Shown here: positions 34,459 to 40,402 of the stretch, piece after piece
How positions within the stretch are numbered: position 1 is the stretch's first letter
Layout: each line of letters begins with the position of its first letter
Notes under the pieces: model-generated
What the model saw: only the letters and a program-made list of their open reading frames with translations
Told to the model about the DNA's origin: nothing
Databases searched by the model: none
Virus record (IMG/VR): IMGVR_UViG_3300017648_000007
Location: 1-40,402 of that record
DNA: 40,402 nucleotides
Direction: 5' to 3' (one strand)
From: a virus
Taxonomy: Duplodnaviria; Caudoviricetes
Translations under genes and position numbers: made by a program

Positions 34459-36233
34459 TGGCACGCTATCAGATTGCCGGCCCGGATGGCGCAACCTACG
34501 AAATTACAGCACCAGACGACGCCTCGGAAGATGAAGTCTGGCAGTATTTCCGGTCTCAGCTGGAACAGCAGGCTCCGGAGCCCGAAGAGCCGGTGCAGGA
34601 AAACCCTGACGGCACATTCGGGACGCCGCCGGAAGGTGTGGTCTACAACCCGGCAACTGGCCAGATGGAGGACCTGCGCAGCCCGGTCAATCCGAACATC
34701 ATGGAAGGGCGAGGAACGGCGGCGGCCATTGGAGCCGGGCAGGGCCTCGGATTCAACCTGCTGGACGAAGCGTCAGCCTTTGTCTCATCCCTGCTTGGTG
34801 GCGACTACAACTACAACCTGGAACGGATGCGTGAAAGCGAGCGCCGGGCCGCCGAAGATAATCCTGTGTCCTACTACGGCGGGATGTTGGGTGGAGCGGT
34901 CGGCACGGGCGCAGGGCTGGCTAAAAGCGGGCTTTCGCTTGGTGCAAACGCGGTCAACGCCGGATGGAGGCTTCCGGGCGTTGCGCTCGCGTCAGCCGGT
35001 GAAGGCGGGTTGCTGGGGGCTGCGTATGGGGCAGGTGCTGGGGAAGGTGCGGAGGATCGCGGCGGACAAGCAGCGCAAGGCTTGGCACTGGGTGCGATCT
35101 TGGGAGCGGCAACACCATTTGCGGTGAAGGGTGCATCAAAGGTTGCTGAACGGGCCATCTCACCATTTAGGACTTCACCGGAGCGCGTTGCGGCGGCGAG
35201 GGTTCTGGAACAAGAGGGCATCCCGCTGACCGCAGGCCAGAGGACCGGCAGCAAGTGGCTACAGTATCGCGAAAGCGAACTGGGTGGCGCACGCGCTGCT
35301 GACATGATGGAAGATCAGGCCAAGGCGTTCACGGACGCCGTTATGCGCCGGGCAGGCGGGTCTGGGCTGGCAGACCCGGATAATCTCGCGGCGCTCAGAA
35401 ACCAGATCGGGCAGGGGTTTGATGATGTGGCCGCAAGGAACACCCTGAGAGCTGATACCCGGTTTTCTCAGGATATGTCGCGGACACTTAGAGAGTACGC
35501 GCGCGTTCTGCCGTCGGAGCAGAGACAAATTCTCGCAAATACTGCATCGGACCTTGTTGAGCGCTTGCAGCTTGGCGGGGGAACGCTTTCCGGACGCGAT
35601 TATCAGAGTATCCGCTCACGCCTGTCCCGACGAGCGCAGAACGCACGGGGCAATGATCCTGAACTTGCGGCCGCGTACCGGGGCATACGGGATGCGCTGG
35701 ATAGCGCTATGGAACGGTCAATCAACCCGGCTGATGCGGGACGCTGGTCGGAGCTTCGTCGCCAGTATGGAAACTACAAGACGATCAGCAAGGCGGCCAC
35801 AGGTGGCGGCGAAAGTGCGGGATTGGGCCTTATTTCTCCGGCACGTCTACGCATGGCAGCCGCGTCCGGCAATCAGGAAGGGTTTGCCACCGGAGCCAAT
35901 GAGTTCACGCGATTGGCGAAGGCAGGTCAGGCACTCATGACGCCGCTGCCCAACTCAGGCACCGCACAGAGAATAGCTGCACAAGGCATTGCTGCGGCCT
36001 TGCTCGGTGGTACGGGCGGAGCGGTCGGGGGGCCAATTGGATTGGCCGCAGGGCTGGCTGGTCCTGCGCTGGCTGGGCGTGCTCTGATGAGCAGCCCAGT
36101 TCAGCGGTATCTGTCTAATCAGGCGGCCAGACCAATGACACCAGAAAGGCAGGCGCTGCTGAATGCGTTGTTGGTGTCGATGGGATCAGCGGCGTCGCCG
36201 CGGCTTCCGTCGCCAGGACTCGGGGGTATCTAG
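34458..36233 (+). CDS. DNA ejection protein (gp16-like)
   Basis: YQIAGPDGATYEITAPDDA, GIPLTAGQRTG, PNSGTAQR; G/A-rich. Confidence 0.72.
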   Translation: MARYQIAGPDGATYEITAPDDASEDEVWQYFRSQLEQQAPEPEEPVQENPDGTFGTPPEGVVYNPATGQMEDLRSPVNPNIMEGRGTAAAIGAGQGLGFNLLDEASAFVSSLLGGDYNYNLERMRESERRAAEDNPVSYYGGMLGGAVGTGAGLAKSGLSLGANAVNAGWRLPGVALASAGEGGLLGAAYGAGAGEGAEDRGGQAAQGLALGAILGAATPFAVKGASKVAERAISPFRTSPERVAAARVLEQEGIPLTAGQRTGSKWLQYRESELGGARAADMMEDQAKAFTDAVMRRAGGSGLADPDNLAALRNQIGQGFDDVAARNTLRADTRFSQDMSRTLREYARVLPSEQRQILANTASDLVERLQLGGGTLSGRDYQSIRSRLSRRAQNARGNDPELAAAYRGIRDALDSAMERSINPADAGRWSELRRQYGNYKTISKAATGGGESAGLGLISPARLRMAAASGNQEGFATGANEFTRLAKAGQALMTPLPNSGTAQRIAAQGIAAALLGGTGGAVGGPIGLAAGLAGPALAGRALMSSPVQRYLSNQAARPMTPERQALLNALLVSMGSAASPRLPSPGLGGI

Positions 36234-36434
36234 GCCAGCGATATCGGCAACCCAACTCACGAGCATGATGCCGGTTAGTCCACCGACCGCAAGAGAGTGC
36301 CAGTCAGGGCCATGTGTCATTAGATAGCTGACCCAAACTACACCCACGAAGGCCCACCCCACCCACCATAGCCACCAAGGTTGAGGCTTCTCGTAAGGGT
36401 TGTGCTCGATCAACCGGCCTTCATCTTTGTGCAT
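36186..36434 (-). CDS. Trp-rich two-TM membrane protein; possible superinfection exclusion
   Basis: AGGAGG RBS, TTGACG-16-CATGGT upstream, convergent with the last ejection gene. Confidence 0.7.
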   Translation of the reverse strand: MHKDEGRLIEHNPYEKPQPWWLWWVGWAFVGVVWVSYLMTHGPDWHSLAVGGLTGIMLVSWVADIAGLDTPESWRRKPRRRR

Positions 36435-36483
36435 GGATCCTCCTAGGACTACCATGCACGGAATACCCGAACCGTCAATATGC

Positions 36484-36510
36484 AGCCCGCCTTGTGCGGG
36501 CTTTTTATTC
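36484..36510 (+). terminator. Rho-independent terminator
   Basis: agcccgc-cttgt-gcgggct-ttttatt. Confidence 0.8.
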
Positions 36511-37092
36511 GAGCCACGACCAATTACGTCCGTAGACTGCGTAGATGATCGTGGATCGGGCTACGTTGTAACGTTCAGCGATCCTATCGAATGTCATTTC
36601 GGGGCGAAGTTTTCGGATTGTGCGAACGTCATCGGCAGACAGCTTTGTATTTGGAAGCCTCTCGCCGCGTGCCGCTGTCCCGTGGAGAACTGAGTCCTCA
36701 TAGTTTTCACTCCTCGTGGCCCAACGCAGATGCTTTGGGTTTACGCAACCGCTGTGACCCTTGCCACAGCTGTGGGCTGCTACGTGTTGATCGCTGGGCG
36801 GCTTTCCGTGAGCAAGTTCGCAGATGTACCGGCTGGCATAATGCCTGCGGCCGCCGAAATTGAGAACGGCGCGTCCGTACTTGTCCGGCTGAAATGGCCA
36901 AATCAGGCATTCGTCACTGGCGTGACTTAGCGCGGTCTCTCTGATCCATTTTTGCGTTGTTCCGTTCGCAGGACGCAGCGATTTCGTAGGGTCGCCGTTC
37001 CGACGAAGCCGCTTGTAGTGCTTTGTGCACAAGCCACGAGCCAAGTGTAAATTCTGGCACCCTTCAACGGTGCAAATCGTTCTATCTGTCAT
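36505..37092 (-). CDS. Free-standing HNH homing endonuclease
   Basis: CTVEGC...ARGLCTKHY; ECLIWP; AAHSCG...CVNPKHLRWATRSEN; C-terminal HTH. Confidence 0.88.
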   Translation of the reverse strand: MTDRTICTVEGCQNLHLARGLCTKHYKRLRRNGDPTKSLRPANGTTQKWIRETALSHASDECLIWPFQPDKYGRAVLNFGGRRHYASRYICELAHGKPPSDQHVAAHSCGKGHSGCVNPKHLRWATRSENYEDSVLHGTAARGERLPNTKLSADDVRTIRKLRPEMTFDRIAERYNVARSTIIYAVYGRNWSWLE

Positions 37093-37133
37093 CTGCACAT
37101 TATAGCAGTAATCGAACAATAGAGGGCAAATCT

Positions 37134-37541
37134 ATGGCAGAGATAAACAGCTTAAAGAACACGGATGCTAACAACACCGAGCGCTTTAACGGCGCAAAAA
37201 ATGTTTCAGAACTTGACAATGCAGGGCAAGCCCTAGAGGGCATGCTGTCGCGCTTCTTCAAGGACAACGACGGGACGAACACCACGACTGGCTCTGACAC
37301 GGCCTACGTGCTGGCGGGAAACCGGACGGGTGTGACTGAGAACAAGGACGTTCGGACCTGCTTGGTCCGCTTCCACGTCGAAAACGATGGAGCGGCAACG
37401 TTCCAGTTCAACTCTCTGCCCGCCCTGCCGCTCCGCAAGCGAGGCAACGCCGAACTGGAAGCGGGCGACATCAACACGAACGACATCTGCCTCGTCGTCT
37501 ACAACCCAGCCTGGAACGCCTATCAGGTCATCGGAATATGA
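37134..37541 (+). CDS. Stand-alone tail-fibre N-terminal (virion-anchoring)-like domain
   Basis: GAGGG RBS; NTDANN...VSELDNAGQALEG...TTTGSDTAY...NDGAATFQFN...ELEAGDI. Confidence 0.6.
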   Translation: MAEINSLKNTDANNTERFNGAKNVSELDNAGQALEGMLSRFFKDNDGTNTTTGSDTAYVLAGNRTGVTENKDVRTCLVRFHVENDGAATFQFNSLPALPLRKRGNAELEAGDINTNDICLVVYNPAWNAYQVIGI

Positions 37542-37668
37542 CATGAGCAACGAGCCGTCACCCGAGGTCATGGCCGTTCTGGTCGATATGACGGCGGCAA
37601 TTGTGAGCCTGAAAGCGCAGGTGGAAGCGCTTAGCCCTAAGCCAGAACATTCGGCCAAGGAATCCTCA

Positions 37669-38781
37669 ATGCAGATCATTAACGACCGCCTCCACAAGGA
37701 CGGCGAGCCAGTTCCCTATGTCCGATCCCCAAATCAGGGCGGGCGGATATCGCCAACGCTGATCGTGCTGCACGACACTGCCGGCCGGTTGACGCCCGGA
37801 ACAACGGTCAACTGGTTCAAAGACCCCAAGGCGAAGGTTTCCGCGCACTTCGTCGTGGAAGTGGACGGATCAATCACGCAGATGGTCGATTGCGACCGGG
37901 CGGCGTGGCACGCGGGCAAATCCTCATGGGGCGGGCGTTCGGGCTGCAATTCGTTCTCAATCGGCATCGAGATCGTGAACCCGGGCAAGCTGGCCACGGA
38001 CGGCACGGCATGGTTCGGGCAACGGTTCGCAGGGGCCGTTGAGTGCACCACGAAGGAGCACGGGCGCGGGTGTTGGCTGCCTTACACCCCGGCTCAGATC
38101 GGGGCCGTCAAGGCGCTCTGTGAGGCTCTGACGCGGGCCTATCCGATCAAGGACATTGTCACGCACTGGCAGATCAGCCCCGGGCGCAAGGTGGATTGCA
38201 ACCCGCTGTTCCCGCTCGATGAGGTCAGGGCCGCAGCGCTCAGCAAGAAGCCGGCCGGCACGGACCACTGGCCGCTACAGGTTGGCTCAGAGGGCGCGAA
38301 CGTCCGGACCCTGCAGCAACGCTTGCTCACTCTAGGCTATAGCATGGTGAAGCACGCCGACGGCATCTTTGGACCGCAGACGCGGGCGGGCGTGGTCGCA
38401 TGGGAAGCCGAGAACGGCGTCACGCTCGATGGCAAGATCGACCGGGCGGAGTTTGAGAAGCTGATGGCCCCGGAGAGCAAGGAACTGCCGGTAGGACCAG
38501 CCACGGCGCAGGCCGAAGCCGATCAGAAGGCATCGACCAAGGCAATAGAGGCAACGGCGGCAACCGCAGCCGTAACCATCGCAGGCAATGAAGCCGTCAG
38601 TAGCGTTGAGGACCAGAGCCTTTGGGAAATCTTCATGGGCAACCTCGGATTGGCTGGTGAGGCGGTCTCAAAGATCACCGTCATGGGCGTGCAACTCGAT
38701 CAGCGGGTAGCGCTGGCCGCACTCGGGACTGTTGGGGCCTTGGCCGTATGGCGGTGGGCGCGAATTGCGAGGGCAAAATGA
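37669..38781 (+). CDS. Endolysin: N-acetylmuramoyl-L-alanine amidase, PG-binding domain and C-terminal TM
   Basis: IVLHDTAG, VSAHFVV, AWHAGKS, SIGIEIVN, THWQISPGRKVD; DGIFGPQT; alternative in-frame start at 37543. Confidence 0.92.
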   Translation: MQIINDRLHKDGEPVPYVRSPNQGGRISPTLIVLHDTAGRLTPGTTVNWFKDPKAKVSAHFVVEVDGSITQMVDCDRAAWHAGKSSWGGRSGCNSFSIGIEIVNPGKLATDGTAWFGQRFAGAVECTTKEHGRGCWLPYTPAQIGAVKALCEALTRAYPIKDIVTHWQISPGRKVDCNPLFPLDEVRAAALSKKPAGTDHWPLQVGSEGANVRTLQQRLLTLGYSMVKHADGIFGPQTRAGVVAWEAENGVTLDGKIDRAEFEKLMAPESKELPVGPATAQAEADQKASTKAIEATAATAAVTIAGNEAVSSVEDQSLWEIFMGNLGLAGEAVSKITVMGVQLDQRVALAALGTVGALAVWRWARIARAK

Positions 38782-39179
38782 ACATCAGAGAACTGGTAGG
38801 GCGCGCCCGTTGGGTCGGGTTCGCAGCGCGGGAGCGCATCACAATTGCAGCAGAACGGGCCGCACCGGCCTTCCGGGTGTTCCTCATCATTCTTGCAGCG
38901 TTCGTCATTGGCTACGGCGTGGCCTGGTGGACCGCTGAGAAGCGAGTGAACGCAGAGTGGCGCCAGCGGATCGCCGCAGCAAGCTCCGCAGTGCGTGAGG
39001 CCAACGCCACCGGCACCGCGGAAATCAAACTGACCGACGAAGAAATCATCCAACGACTGGGGGACACGGATGCACAGCTTAGGAATGCAGAACAAGCGCT
39101 GGAAACGGCACGCAAGGACCGCCGCGAAACTGACGGCTGCCCTGCTCTTGCCGCTCAGTGTTATCGGGTGCGCCAGTGA
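38778..39179 (+). CDS. i-spanin (Rz-like)
   Basis: Single TM followed by coiled coil; directly after the endolysin. Confidence 0.75.
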   Translation: MNIRELVGRARWVGFAARERITIAAERAAPAFRVFLIILAAFVIGYGVAWWTAEKRVNAEWRQRIAAASSAVREANATGTAEIKLTDEEIIQRLGDTDAQLRNAEQALETARKDRRETDGCPALAAQCYRVRQ

Positions 39180-39423
39180 AACTGTTGTCGTCCAGCCGGT
39201 GACGTTCAAACCGGTGCCGAAATCACTGATGGCCCGCCAAGCGCTCCCGAAATGCGACTACGACGACACGCAGGCGACAATCGCCCCGCACGTCGTAGGG
39301 GAATCGCAGCGGTGCTGGAAGGCGTCTGCGATCAGCGCAAGGGACCGTCTCCATGGGCTGCAGGACGCCGTGGCAGTGCGTGAACGAGCGGCAGCACGCG
39401 TGGCCGCAGCGAGCAAACCCTAA
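39085..39423 (+). CDS. o-spanin (Rz1-like lipoprotein)
   Basis: Basic N-terminus, AALLLPLSVIGC lipobox, overlaps the Rz 3' end in another frame. Confidence 0.75.
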   Translation: MQNKRWKRHARTAAKLTAALLLPLSVIGCASETVVVQPVTFKPVPKSLMARQALPKCDYDDTQATIAPHVVGESQRCWKASAISARDRLHGLQDAVAVRERAAARVAAASKP

Positions 39424-39441
39424 GGGGGGATTAAATGCCCA

Positions 39442-39666
39442 ATGCATACGTTCGAGATCGGGAGACTCCTTGGGGAGTTGGCACAACGCGTGAGCCGCTT
39501 GGAGCAGCGGGCGGACAGTATAGACGCACTCGTTACAGTAGTGCGCACGTGGTCGACGCGTCTCGCGATCCTCGGCGGCATATGGGGCGGGGCTATCGGG
39601 ATCAACATCCCGGCAGATCAGGTAGGGGCGCAGATCGCAGCGATCCTCAGACACGTGCTGAGATGA
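39442..39666 (+). CDS. Small coiled-coil/TM protein, holin candidate
   Basis: 74 aa in the lysis cassette with a C-terminal hydrophobic segment. Confidence 0.5.
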   Translation: MHTFEIGRLLGELAQRVSRLEQRADSIDALVTVVRTWSTRLAILGGIWGGAIGINIPADQVGAQIAAILRHVLR

Positions 39667-39761
39667 TCCTGAACACGCTTTGCTGGCTTGGGTGGGCCGG
39701 TGTTCTGATAGGTGTTGGGCGGGTGAGCTTTTACGTGTTTTCAGCGCTGCTCACCCATTAG
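39663..39761 (+). CDS. Small hydrophobic peptide
   Basis: ATGA overlap; MILNTLCWLGWAGVLIGVGRVSFYVFSALLTH. Confidence 0.4.
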   Translation: MILNTLCWLGWAGVLIGVGRVSFYVFSALLTH

Positions 39762-39767
39762 TATTGT

Positions 39768-40211
39768 TCACTGCCCCGTTGACCCAAACCCGCCATTACC
39801 TCTGGCAGTGTCGCTCAATTCGGTCGCTTCTTCTACGCGTGCCTGCACAACTGGAGCGATGACCAGCTGAGCCATGCGTTCGCCACGCTCTATGGTGAGT
39901 TGTCCTGTTCCGTTATTCGCGAGCAAAACCATAACCTCGCCTCGGTAGTCGCAGTCGATGGTCCCGACCCCCTGAGCGATGGATATGCCCACGCTGCCCA
40001 AACCTGACCGGCCTCGGACCTGCCCCTCGAAACCCTGGGGGATCTCAATTGCAAACCCCGTGGGCACCCGGACAACTTCGCCCGGTGCGATAGAGACGCT
40101 CTCTGCGGCTGCCAGATCCATCCCGGCAGCCCCTTCTGTCTGATAGGCCGGCAGCGGCAGGCCATCCCCATGCGGTAGACGCCGGAACCGTACGCAAGGT
40201 CTGTCAGTCAT
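39768..40211 (-). CDS. dut: Trimeric dUTPase
   Basis: AAGMDL, RGRSGL, GTIDCDYRGE, RMAQLV, RGNGGFGSTG (motifs I-V). Confidence 0.96.
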   Translation of the reverse strand: MTDRPCVRFRRLPHGDGLPLPAYQTEGAAGMDLAAAESVSIAPGEVVRVPTGFAIEIPQGFEGQVRGRSGLGSVGISIAQGVGTIDCDYRGEVMVLLANNGTGQLTIERGERMAQLVIAPVVQARVEEATELSDTARGNGGFGSTGQ

Positions 40212-40273
40212 ATTTCCCCTCTCTAATCTGTATATCTGTGTTGCGCGTGCAATTAGTTACATGCGCTACCCTC

Positions 40274-40301
40274 TTGACGTGGTCTCAGGAACCGTTACAA
40301 G
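40274..40301 (+). promoter_or_regulatory. Candidate phage promoter for the restored tRNA
   Basis: cTTGACG-16-TACAAG about 60 bp upstream of the tRNA 5' end. Confidence 0.4.
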
Positions 40302-40362
40302 GAGCGTGTCAAGGGGGTGCTCTGGTCCAAGTTGGACCGAACGAAAACAGCTAACCCCTTGA

Positions 40363-40402
40363 AAGCCCAGGTAGCTCAGTTGGTAGAGCACGTGACTGAA
40401 AA
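40363..40402 (+). repeat. attR core
   Basis: Identical to 1-40. Confidence 0.95.
40365..40402 (+). tRNA. tRNA-Phe(GAA), 5' part; presumably completed beyond the window
   Basis: GCCCAGG-TA-GCTCAGTTGGTAGAGC-A-CGTGA-CTGAAAA. Confidence 0.8.

Larger units (their letters stand above)
1..40402. mobile_element. Complete temperate prophage (podovirus/P22-like morphogenesis, lambdoid regulation) integrated in tRNA-Phe
   Basis: 40-bp terminal direct repeats; integrase next to left end; immunity, replication, packaging, tail and lysis modules all present. Confidence 0.95.

Overview
The window is one apparently complete ~40.4 kb temperate prophage of an alphaproteobacterium (inferred from GTTC-N7-GTTC LexA boxes, a GcrA homologue and the SSB type). 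It is bounded by a perfect 40-bp direct repeat (1-40 and 40363-40402) equal to the 5' half of tRNA-Phe(GAA). The layout is lambdoid/P22-like. The left arm carries int/xis and a leftward early operon (HNH, C5 methyltransferase, YqaJ exonuclease, ERF). The centre holds the immunity region (short cI, cro, 18-bp operators) and a rightward early operon (GcrA-like, DnaB, DUF1376 initiator with origin, HNH, DnaA-CTD, amino-MTase, DUF5664, SSB). The right arm holds podovirus-type morphogenesis genes (no tape measure or sheath seen), a lysis cassette and a reverse-strand dUTPase. The most interesting signals are: a ~240-nt ORF-free, highly structured + strand RNA in the immunity region; a LexA-boxed 46-aa ORF convergent on a cI that lacks a self-cleavage domain (candidate SOS antirepressor); a dual-frame heterodimeric C5 MTase bracketed by 24-bp direct repeats; a 13-copy TGGAACC array inside a gene for an HTH protein; structured PL/PR leaders with anti-SD-like loops; and tRNA restoration that needs a phage-supplied promoter. 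All product calls come from motif recognition by eye, not database searches.
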